Positions 52,838-61,586 of a DNA stretch of 64,000 nucleotides are shown in pieces; the stretch's first letter is position 1; every line of letters begins with the position of its first letter. The DNA comes from Pelagomonas calceolata (taxonomy: Eukaryota): assembly GCA_918797485.1 (NCBI GenBank), contig CAKKNE010000003.1, forward strand, positions 2,604,001 to 2,668,000, in the 5' to 3' direction. A model generated the notes under the pieces. That model worked only from the letters and a program-made list of their open reading frames with translations. It was not told the origin of the DNA and ran no database searches. The translations under genes and the position numbers were made by a program.

Positions 52838-53688
52838 ATGCGGGTCCTCCTCGTCGCCATCGTGCTCACGGGCGCGGCGGGCACCGATTGCGTCGACTTC
52901 CCGTGCAAGTGCGAGTGCGGCAACCTCGCGGAAGGGAACCGCGACGACGGCGTCTGCATCCGCCTGAACTTAGTCCGGCCCGAGAAGGGGATCCGCCCCA
53001 ACATCGACAAGGCGACGTGTGAGGGGGAATATAGAGTCGGCCAAAATGCTCCCTTCTACTTCTGCTGCGTCGACAGCTGTGCGGAAATCAAATTTACGGC
53101 GTGTTCGTCCTGAATAGCCGCGTCGATCTCCACGCCATCGACGCGACGTCTGTTCGATGGCGTGGCGGTGTTGGTTCCTCACCGCTCGACGGAACCAGCG
53201 CGGCCACGTCATCGCCGAGAAATGACTTAGTGAAGAATTATTGAGTGCGCCCGACACGCTGGTTGATTTCCACACAGGTCGACAGCCAGGACCGCCCCGT
53301 GACCCCGCCGCCCGAATTTGTACCGTTAAAAATGAAGGCCTGGTTCGCGATGACGGACAAGTACGGCTGCGACCCGTGCGAGCAGGCCAAGTTCCCGGGT
53401 TACAGGCCGAGTAAGCCGAACAAGTTCAAGCAGTGCCTCTACTACAAGAAAAAAAGGAATGGCGTAGTCACTGTGAAGTTCAAGAACAACGTAGACAAGG
53501 CTGCGTGCGAGGCCCTCGCCGACGGCGACGAAAAAGTGGAGACGTATTTCTGCGAAGAAGGAGGCGGGCCGCCGAAGGACGGGGTATGCACGCCGACGCC
53601 GGTGCCGACGGCCGCGAAGACGTACTCGTACAACTTCGAGACCATGCAGCCGACGCTGAGCCCGACGCCGCAGGCCACTCCCCCCTGA
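52838..53688 (+). CDS. Secreted Cys-rich two-repeat protein; join(52838..53068,53278..53688), 213 aa
   Basis: Signal peptide, repeated NIDKATCE..YFC / NVDKAACE..YFC and a Pro/Thr tail. Frame is continuous once the introner is removed. Confidence 0.75.
53069..53277 (+). mobile_element. Introner element intron (209 nt)
   Basis: Perfect 8-bp TSD GTCGACAG (53069-53076 and 53278-53285). TIRs CTGTGCGGAAATCAA...TTGATTTCCACACAG. Confidence 0.92.
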
Positions 53689-53772
53689 TTTCCGGGAGGA
53701 CCGCCGGCGAGGCCGACCCCGGGCCTTGCGCATTTAAGCTCCCCCGCGCCGCCGCCATGTTGTAAACGTATA

Positions 53773-54954
53773 TTAGCGAATCCCGCCGCACTCTAACAAC
53801 CCCCCGGGCCCACTCCTCCGCCGCCCGAAGCATGCCCAGAACCGGAGCGACTCGTCGCCCGCGCCCGTGACGGCGACGCGGCTGTCGGGCGACAGCGCGA
53901 GGTAGAGGACGCGCTTCCCGTGGCCCGCGAGGACGCCGTCGCGCGCGAGCTCGGGCAGCCGCCAGATGAGGATCTGGTTGAGCGAGTAGCCGTGCGCCGA
54001 GACGAGCGCGTCCTCCGCGCTCGACCAGGCGAGGGCGCAGACCTGGGACCCCGTGTCCACCGTACTCAGCCTCAGGCCCCGCGCCGCGTCCCAGATCTTT
54101 ATGGATCGATCAGCGGTACCGCCGCCCGTCGCGAGGCGGCCGCGGTGATGCGGCGACCAGGCCAGCGCCTTGACGGCGGCGCCGTGGCCCTGGAGCTCCT
54201 GGGCGCCGGCGCCGAGTTTCGACGCGGACCAGACGCGCACGGCGTTGTCGTTGCCGCCCGTCGCCAGCGCGTCGCCGCCCGGCGACCAGCGCAGGCCGCA
54301 GACCTCTTGCCTGTGAGCCTTCCACCGCGCCACCGTCTTGCGCGGCGACACGCGCACGTCGCGGCACGCGACGCCCCGATCCCGCGACCCGCTCGCGAGG
54401 ACGTCGCCGCGCCAGTCCAGGCAGCCCACGCGCCCGCGGTGCCCGTTCGCCGGCGTGACCACGACGCCGCGGCCGACGTCGTACAGCGCGATTCGGCCGC
54501 TCGCGCAGCCCACCGCGAGGCGCCGCCCGTCCGGCGACCACGCCAGCGAGGCCACGGCGTCCCCGATGCCGACGTCGCAGAGCTCCTTCAAATTCGACGC
54601 CCGGTAGAGGCGCACGCGGCTGCCCAGGCCCACGGCGATCACGTCGAGGCGCGACCAGCACACAAGATCCAGATAAAAGTCGTCGCGCAGGCCCGGCGCG
54701 GCCAGCACGCGGAACGGCGTCGCGCAGGCGCGCCGCGGTGCCGTGCGCGGGCTCCGCTGTGCGCGCGGCGGCGCGGCCGGTGGCGGTGTCTGCTTTGCGA
54801 ACTGCAGCACCCTGCCGCGCGCGCCGAGCAGGGCCTGCCGCAGCAGCGCGGCGCGCGCGTCGCCCGCCGGCGGCGGCGCCGCATTCTCGTAGTTCTCGTC
54901 GTGTGCCGCCGGGATGAAGCGGTCATTCCCCACCCGATCACGGTAGCGCGCCAT
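53773..54954 (-). CDS. APC/C activator, CDC20/CDH1 (Fizzy) family
   Basis: C-box DRFIP, DDFYL, HRQEVCGLRW, ATGGGTADR, DTGSQVC, GAGDESLRFW and a terminal IR tail. Confidence 0.92.
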   Translation of the reverse strand: MARYRDRVGNDRFIPAAHDENYENAAPPPAGDARAALLRQALLGARGRVLQFAKQTPPPAAPPRAQRSPRTAPRRACATPFRVLAAPGLRDDFYLDLVCWSRLDVIAVGLGSRVRLYRASNLKELCDVGIGDAVASLAWSPDGRRLAVGCASGRIALYDVGRGVVVTPANGHRGRVGCLDWRGDVLASGSRDRGVACRDVRVSPRKTVARWKAHRQEVCGLRWSPGGDALATGGNDNAVRVWSASKLGAGAQELQGHGAAVKALAWSPHHRGRLATGGGTADRSIKIWDAARGLRLSTVDTGSQVCALAWSSAEDALVSAHGYSLNQILIWRLPELARDGVLAGHGKRVLYLALSPDSRVAVTGAGDESLRFWACFGRRRSGPGGLLECGGIR

Positions 54955-55332
54955 GGAAACGAGGCTGCCCCGGCGCCGTCGCGGGGCCGCGGCGGCTGCC
55001 TAATGATAGATGCGCGGTGGTCCGAACGGCAGTGCAATGCCAGCGGCAGCCTGAGTGAGAGCCCCGCTCTGCGAGGGGCGACGCAGCCCTCGCCCGGGGA
55101 GGCCCGGCCCGAGGGGTCGCGGGACGGTTCCCGGACTCCGTGCGAATCAACTCGGCAGGAAACCCCTTCCCCTAGTTAGCCTAGCCAGGCATAGCGGCCA
55201 ATTCACCTGCCAATTAACGCGCCGCCGCCGCCGACGCGGACGAAGGCAGCCGCCGAGAGGTCCTCTCCAGGCAACCGAGACCACCGCCAGAACCGCGCCG
55301 CCGCCGCCACCGACAACCACCGGGGCAGCACC

Positions 55333-56544
55333 ATGCAGTTCACCCCTCAGCAGCTGGCCGGCGGCTCGTCCTACATGTGCAAGACGAAGGTCGGGAACTG
55401 GCTCGAGGACATGTGCCTCCAGGAGGAGAAGCTGAGCGAGTTCGCGCGCAACCGGGACGAGGGGTCGAGCCTCATGTACAACGTCATGGGCAAAAGAAAC
55501 CTCTACCACACGAAGGTGCCCCTCGCTCCGAGGGCTGGTTCGACCATCAGGTTCGGTGATGTTATTATGCTAGGACATCCCTCGACGGGTGGTGTGTTAG
55601 GAGTGGATCTGACGGAGCCGTGTCTCGACGCGAATCGCGACCAGAAATTGGTGACAGCAGCCATGCCGGGAGTCGAACCGGAGCACTGCGCTCGGTATTC
55701 CTACATCCTGGAACCTACGGATAGTGCGACGCAGCTCGGAGACGACCTCCACTTCGGCGAACCTGTTTTCCTGAGGTGCCACGATTTGCTGGTGTTGGAT
55801 GAAGCCTTAGGAGCCACACGACCGCCCTTCTACTTAGCCTCACAGCTGAAGAACGACAGAAATGGCTCTCGCGTCAGCAACCAGCAGACGGTCTTCGCCA
55901 CGGACAAGCGATCCATGGCGGCCGCGTGGACGTTCGAGAAGATCAGCGCGAACACGGGCGTCGTGCGACAGCTCAGCGGTGGCGAGGCCGTGCCCTGCGG
56001 TACTGGATTAAATGGCCCGACCGTGGTAGTGCAGCACAAGACGACGCGGACCGCGTTAGCGGCTTCCGTCAAGAACTGGGACAGCACCGACTTCGGCAGG
56101 GAGCTGGAAGTGACGTGCCACAACCACCTGGGCCAGAACAAGGTCAATGCGCTTGTGAGCGAGATGGCGGGCAAGACGACGGGCCAGACGAACGTGCGGC
56201 TCGAGAAGTCGCCGAATTTTTGGTGCGTCATCGGCGACGTCGAGGGCGCGGAGCAGCCGCCGCAGCCCGAACTGCCGGGCATGCTGAACGCCGACCAGAT
56301 GGTCGCTTTATTACAAGAACGCGTGGCGGCGATCGAAGGCGCCGGCGAGCGATTGGTCGCCTTGGCCGAGGCCGCGCCGGGGTCGAATATTGATAGGGAG
56401 GACGTCGCCTACGAGTTGGCCGACATTGGGCTCGGGTTCGATCCAGATGCAACCAAGACATTACTGGACGCGTTCGACGAGGGCGACGGCATGATTCCCA
56501 TCAACCACTTCCTCGACGCGGCGCTGGCGCAGGTCGCGGAGTAG
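55333..56544 (+). CDS. CFAP161: Cilia- and flagella-associated protein 161-like
   Basis: Y..KTKVGNWLED, IRFGDVIML and TDFGRELEV; EF-hand-like C-terminus. Confidence 0.7.
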   Translation: MQFTPQQLAGGSSYMCKTKVGNWLEDMCLQEEKLSEFARNRDEGSSLMYNVMGKRNLYHTKVPLAPRAGSTIRFGDVIMLGHPSTGGVLGVDLTEPCLDANRDQKLVTAAMPGVEPEHCARYSYILEPTDSATQLGDDLHFGEPVFLRCHDLLVLDEALGATRPPFYLASQLKNDRNGSRVSNQQTVFATDKRSMAAAWTFEKISANTGVVRQLSGGEAVPCGTGLNGPTVVVQHKTTRTALAASVKNWDSTDFGRELEVTCHNHLGQNKVNALVSEMAGKTTGQTNVRLEKSPNFWCVIGDVEGAEQPPQPELPGMLNADQMVALLQERVAAIEGAGERLVALAEAAPGSNIDREDVAYELADIGLGFDPDATKTLLDAFDEGDGMIPINHFLDAALAQVAE

Positions 56545-56820
56545 TAGGGCTCTTTTTTGCTGCGCGTAAGGACTGCGGTATACTAGCTTTTCTGTACTTC
56601 CACACCGGAAAGCTCTGCGCGAAAACCCGTTTAAAGTCGAAAAGGGATCCCCAAAAAAAAATCAATTATACTTGCGATCACGCGTACAGCTGGCGCGCGC
56701 AGACCGGACGCCATTCGCAAGACTGTAGTTACGTGAAGAAATTAACGACAGACGTTGTGGACTTGTGGCCATTGGCAAAGTCTTTGTGCCAATCACTGCT
56801 AAATAAATCACTGTCTGCTA

Positions 56821-57807
56821 ATGGAGGGCATGGATCATCTCACGCGTGCATCTCGAGGCGGAGATGCGGCGGCCGTGCGGAGAATCCTCGACGAGGACGC
56901 GAGAAGCGAAATTCCTCTCATAGCGGCGTGCGCGAACGGGTATTACGACGTGGTCAGCTTGCTGCTCTCCCGAGGTTTCAACCCGAACCGGACGAACGAG
57001 GCCGGCGCGACACCCCTTTTCGCGGCCCTATATCCCTTTGTCTGTCTCACAGACACTGCGGGATCGCCGCCCTTACTATCTCCGGGCAGGGTGATAACGC
57101 AGTGCTCTACTCGGGGGATGCCCAGGCCGGTCGGTGTCCTGGGCGAGCCTGGCCTCGTGCAGGTGCCGTGCGGGGAGGGCGCCGCGCCATGGCACGACCG
57201 GCGCAGAGGTGGCCGCCACTACACGCTCCGCAACGTGCCCGAGGCGCTAACGCGCGGTCTGCTGTGCCAGGGGCCGCACCGGCTCAGGAATGTGGAGGGC
57301 AAACCGGCACTCACGATCAGCATGTGGACCGGAGGCACGGCTTACGCGTGCTTCACCGACGGTCGCTGCGGCGGACTCGTTGCGGCCTTTCAGGAGGACG
57401 GGTGGGCCGACGGTCCGGGCGGCGGGCTCGCGTGGGGGCGGCCCGGCCACGGTACGATGGGCACGATGAGCCACGTCCTGTCGAGGCGAATCTCGCCCGG
57501 CGAGACGTACGCTTCGCCACCAAACTCGCACAACGACACGGTCATGGTCGTGGTGCTTGTCCCGGGTTCCGGCCCGGAGGTCCCGGACCCTCGAATTCGC
57601 GTCGTCCGGGCTCTACTCAGCGCCGGCGCGGACGTCTACGGGGCGGTCCAGCGCTTCGGCACGCCACTCCGTATCGTGTGTCAGACCCCCTCGCCGCCGC
57701 TCAAGCTCCTCGTGCGGAGGTTCCTGGCCCACCGCATGCGCGCGACCGCGCGTCATTGGTGGTTACCCTGGCCGCTGGCTTGTCGCGTCGCCGGCTTCCT
57801 CGTGTAA
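56821..57807 (+). CDS. Ankyrin-repeat protein with a large inserted domain
   Basis: PLIAACANG..VVSLLL..G and GATPLFAA, then about 180 non-ankyrin residues, then VVRALLSAGADV...GTPL. Confidence 0.7.
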   Translation: MEGMDHLTRASRGGDAAAVRRILDEDARSEIPLIAACANGYYDVVSLLLSRGFNPNRTNEAGATPLFAALYPFVCLTDTAGSPPLLSPGRVITQCSTRGMPRPVGVLGEPGLVQVPCGEGAAPWHDRRRGGRHYTLRNVPEALTRGLLCQGPHRLRNVEGKPALTISMWTGGTAYACFTDGRCGGLVAAFQEDGWADGPGGGLAWGRPGHGTMGTMSHVLSRRISPGETYASPPNSHNDTVMVVVLVPGSGPEVPDPRIRVVRALLSAGADVYGAVQRFGTPLRIVCQTPSPPLKLLVRRFLAHRMRATARHWWLPWPLACRVAGFLV

Positions 57808-57826
57808 GACTAGGTAGGACATACTC

Positions 57827-60055
57827 TTAGAGGGCCTCCCCGTTCCGCGCCACGAGGTCGTGCGTCGGGATCCTCCCCTTTTTCGACACGGTTTCGACCT
57901 CGCCCCGGAACTGCTCCACCAGATACGTGTTGACCTGCTGCATGGACGGCTGCGACATGGCCTGCGAGAAGACGTCGCCGTGCACCAAGGTGAGCTGCGC
58001 CGCCGTGACCGGTCGAAGAGCCAAGACTACTGTGGAAGCGAACTGCCCCGCACTATCCAGTGGATGGGCCCCCGGCCGCTCGTTGCAGTACACGAAATCC
58101 TTCGGCCAGAGCGTGTGCGTGTGCCTCCTGTTGGTTTTCGTATCTAAGACGTCGACTTCCACCACACCATCTTCCACTACTACAAACTGGTCCTGTTTGG
58201 ACGTGTCTCGGGGCGATTTGGCCTTCACGTCTGTATCAGCGTACTCCATGTTCGCCCAGGCGACGCTCCCGGCCGTCATCGACGTCCTTGACGCTTGGCC
58301 GCCGTCCGGTTGCGCTGCTAGGGCCGAGGCCCAGGACCAGACCAAGCCTCGACATCGCGCGGCGGCTTGGTCCTGGATCGGGCCTCGGACGCCCGTGAAG
58401 ACATCCCCCAACAACTGAAACAAGTGGCCGGGCACCGCTAATAAAGCACAAGACGTCGAGGCACACGTCGCGGTCGACGCTCGAGGTCGGACGCCCTCCA
58501 ACAGCTCCGTCTCGCCGAAACTTTCACCAGTCCTTAACCGATGCAATCCTAACGAGAGCTCCCTCCCGCTCTTCGAGGCGAATCCGGATCTAGGCCTCAG
58601 CAGAAACGAGTGCGAGATGAGGACATCACCATCTAACAGTATGTAAAAGGCAGGATCGGTCTCGCCTGCTGAGAAGACCAAATCACCTCTCCTGAGTGAG
58701 TGCGCGGGATATAACGGAGGCAGCATGTGTCTGAGCCGCTCTTTGGGCACCTTGAGGACGTCGTCTCCCGGCCTTGCAACTGACCTAAGCATCTGCCGCG
58801 TATCGGCTTCATCCAGTTCATCTCCCAACAGTCGAGCGACTCTCTTGATGTCCTCCGTCGTCACGTACCCATTATTGTCCGAGTCAAACACGTCCATGGC
58901 CGCTCTTCGGCTCCCAAGTTGCGCCGTGCCCGCGCCCCGTTCTCTGGCCAAAGCTTGGTCCGCGTAGCCGACCATGACCGCCAACAACATGGCCTTGAAG
59001 CGCCTCCTGCCCAGATGGAACTCGCGCAACGCATCGGACGCGGCCTTCGCGGCAGCCTTGTCCCTAAACCCTTCGCCCCTTGTGGGATCCTGGAGCCACG
59101 CATGTGCTAAAACTTCCGCCGCGGCCGGTCGGTCTGATGGTCTATCCGCTAATAATCGTTTGACGAGCGGCCTCGCCGCGGACGGCACGCGGGCCCACGC
59201 GGCACCCTTGAACGCGCCGGCCGCGTCCGCGCCAGCCAATACTCTCCGAGTAACCTCCGCATCGTCGGCATCATTCCTAGCATCAAAAGGGTGCGTCCCC
59301 GTCAACAGGAGGTAGAGGATCACACCCAGAGACCAGAGATCGGCAGAGGCGTCAAACGCGTCGCCCCGCAGCACCTCGGGCGCCGCGTAGGCCGGCGTCG
59401 CGCCCGCGGCGCCCCTTGTCCTTAGTTCCTCGCCGTTTTCTGTTGAGGGACCGACGAATCTCGCGGAGCCGAAGTCGACCAATCGCACGTCAGAGGCATC
59501 AGTTTCATCACTCTTCAACAGCACGTTCTCCGGCTTGAGGTCTAAGTGCGCGATGCCCATCTGATGTAAATAAGCGACAGCATCTACTAGCTCTCGCATC
59601 ACTCCCGCCGCACCCGCGGGAGAATACGCGCCTCGCTCCACAAGCCGATCAAACAGCTCGCCACCCCTGGCGAGTTCCGTCACAATATACCAGGCGTCGT
59701 CGCCCTCGAACAATTCTTTGTAGGAGCAGACCGACCGGTGCTCGCCCGCGACTCGTAGTAAAGTCGCTTCCTCTTTAACTCTCTTACCAAGCCGCTTCAG
59801 CGCCTCCGGCGGCAGGTGCTTCTTCGACACCTGCTTGATGGCCATGATCTCGCCGCTGCTCTTGTTGACGCCGGGGAAGACGACGCCGTGGCCGCCGACG
59901 CCTAAAGGCCGCTCGGGCTCGAGCAAATGGTACGCGTCCGCGAGGCGCCGCTCCAGGCACCGAGCTTGCTCGTCTTTGCGCGTGAGGTAGGCGGCCGGCA
60001 GAAGCCCGGCGCAGGCCAGGGGCCGCGCCGCTCTCGCTGCGGCGGCCGCAAACAT
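57827..60055 (-). CDS. CAMK-type Ser/Thr kinase with EF-hand and cyclic-nucleotide-binding domains
   Basis: LGVGGHG, AIK, GGELFD, HLDLKPEN, DFG and APE. EF-hand DSDNNGYVTTED and cNMP motif GESFGE...PRASTA. Confidence 0.9.
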   Translation of the reverse strand: MFAAAAARAARPLACAGLLPAAYLTRKDEQARCLERRLADAYHLLEPERPLGVGGHGVVFPGVNKSSGEIMAIKQVSKKHLPPEALKRLGKRVKEEATLLRVAGEHRSVCSYKELFEGDDAWYIVTELARGGELFDRLVERGAYSPAGAAGVMRELVDAVAYLHQMGIAHLDLKPENVLLKSDETDASDVRLVDFGSARFVGPSTENGEELRTRGAAGATPAYAAPEVLRGDAFDASADLWSLGVILYLLLTGTHPFDARNDADDAEVTRRVLAGADAAGAFKGAAWARVPSAARPLVKRLLADRPSDRPAAAEVLAHAWLQDPTRGEGFRDKAAAKAASDALREFHLGRRRFKAMLLAVMVGYADQALARERGAGTAQLGSRRAAMDVFDSDNNGYVTTEDIKRVARLLGDELDEADTRQMLRSVARPGDDVLKVPKERLRHMLPPLYPAHSLRRGDLVFSAGETDPAFYILLDGDVLISHSFLLRPRSGFASKSGRELSLGLHRLRTGESFGETELLEGVRPRASTATCASTSCALLAVPGHLFQLLGDVFTGVRGPIQDQAAARCRGLVWSWASALAAQPDGGQASRTSMTAGSVAWANMEYADTDVKAKSPRDTSKQDQFVVVEDGVVEVDVLDTKTNRRHTHTLWPKDFVYCNERPGAHPLDSAGQFASTVVLALRPVTAAQLTLVHGDVFSQAMSQPSMQQVNTYLVEQFRGEVETVSKKGRIPTHDLVARNGEAL

Positions 60056-60417
60056 GCTCTCGGAGAGCAGCACTTGTCACTTTACGCAATTAGTGTGTTG
60101 CGCGGCTCGTGCGCCCTTATGCGTTTCACAGCGGTTTCACACGTGCTCACGCAGCTTCTCGACGTGCGTGTCGAATCGTGCGCGCCGCCTCGGCAAAGTG
60201 AAGTGTCACTGCTACAAAAATATAATGCTATCTCCTAGACATACTAGCGCTACGGCTCGTAACAACTCCTACGAAGCTTCTACTCAGACGGAAGTGGTGT
60301 GAGCCGTACGAAACAACGCAGCCCGGGAGAAGGCATCCGCCCACTAGTCCTAGCACCGCAACAGAAACGCGTCGAACCCCACGCCATCGACGCGCCAAGA
60401 ATCATACCACACAACAA

Positions 60418-61350
60418 TTACACACGCGAGCCGCCGCGCTTTTCGTTCGCCGCTTGCGCGCGCTGGCGCCCGTTCTCGGAGAGCTCCTTCGCGAAGGTCT
60501 TGGCGCAGTTGTAGCGCTTGAAGTCCCGTCCCGACGTCGGCGCGTGGAGCTTGACCGGGTGGTACAACAGACCATGCGATGTGGGATTGAACCACGTCTC
60601 CGCATCCTTCTCGAACTTGGCCCCGCTCCAGGCGCACTTCGCGCGGTAGACGGCGAGCCACTCCCGCGGGATCGCCTCGGTCGCGCACCAGCTCCGCCCG
60701 CGGCACAGCTGGTACGAGAAGGCGCCGTGGATTCTTCTCCGCGGCGCGCCTCGTTCGCGATTGTCGATTCGCGCGAGGTCGCGGCGTATGGCTCGTATTA
60801 ATCGCGTCGAGAGGCGCGCGACGGGTAGTAGCGCCGCCATGCCGTTGCGCGTCCGCCGGATATGTGCTATCAAATCCGCCTGACTACTGTTAAACTTGCG
60901 AAACAGTTGGTCCCAGCTCCCCTGCGCGAGCTTCGCGTCCTCCTCGATGACCCACACATAATCATAACGTTTGTCCTCTGCAACATAAGCGGGCAGCGAG
61001 GCCATCAAGAGCTGGTGGCTGACAAACGCGCGCGTGGCCGCGGAAGCGTTCTTCTTCAGAAGGGCGAAGGGAACGCGGACCGTCGTGCCGTTGGTCGGGT
61101 GCCTGAGGACGCCATATTGCTTCGACGCGTCCACAAAAAGCGCGACGTCGTGGGCCGGGCAGCCTCGGCTCATCGCGTCCGCGGCATTGTGGATGTTTGT
61201 TAATTCGTTTTGCACAAATGATTCGTCCGTGTGGGCACCAAAAGCAATTAAAGTACGGCCTCGACTGGCGCAGTGCGCCGCGGCGGCGTGCCGGGGCTGG
61301 TCCTCGGCGCCGCACCGCACCAGGAGCAAGCTCAGCGCGACGACGCGCAT
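60418..61350 (-). CDS. Secreted/Golgi glycosyltransferase-like protein
   Basis: Signal peptide, YDYVWVIEEDA and LYHPVK; family assignment tentative. Confidence 0.55.
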   Translation of the reverse strand: MRVVALSLLLVRCGAEDQPRHAAAAHCASRGRTLIAFGAHTDESFVQNELTNIHNAADAMSRGCPAHDVALFVDASKQYGVLRHPTNGTTVRVPFALLKKNASAATRAFVSHQLLMASLPAYVAEDKRYDYVWVIEEDAKLAQGSWDQLFRKFNSSQADLIAHIRRTRNGMAALLPVARLSTRLIRAIRRDLARIDNRERGAPRRRIHGAFSYQLCRGRSWCATEAIPREWLAVYRAKCAWSGAKFEKDAETWFNPTSHGLLYHPVKLHAPTSGRDFKRYNCAKTFAKELSENGRQRAQAANEKRGGSRV

Positions 61351-61412
61351 TGGTGCGCACGTCTATTTGGCATACATAGTGCTCTACGCTGCGCTGCAAA
61401 GTTTTGCTTGCG

Positions 61413-61434
61413 CTAGTGTCTTACAGGTCGCTAG
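61413..61434 (+). promoter_or_regulatory. CTAG-bounded intergenic motif copy
   Basis: CTAGTGTCTTACAGGTCGCTAG in a divergent region. Confidence 0.6.
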
Positions 61435-61586
61435 CTCCGGTTTTGCTCGAGCCAGGATAGCTGCCGCCGAGCGCTGCACTGCCCGGTCCGGCATTCGTTT
61501 GATAGGTATTTTGCAAGCTGACTCTGGTACACAAAGCTTGTGCATCGCTGCTGCTGCGCAAACACTCATATCCAAAATCCAAACCC

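Noticed and set aside
53920..55179. 419-aa plus-strand ORF, and similar long Arg/Ala/Pro-rich ORFs such as 10444..11577, 25028..25960 and 33248..34021
   Set aside because: They are antisense or off-frame shadows of recognisable genes, expected at this GC content, and show no motifs.
12161..61434. Recurrent 22-bp motif as a CRISPR repeat
   Set aside because: Copies are single, kilobases apart, on both strands and in a eukaryotic context, with no spacers or cas genes.
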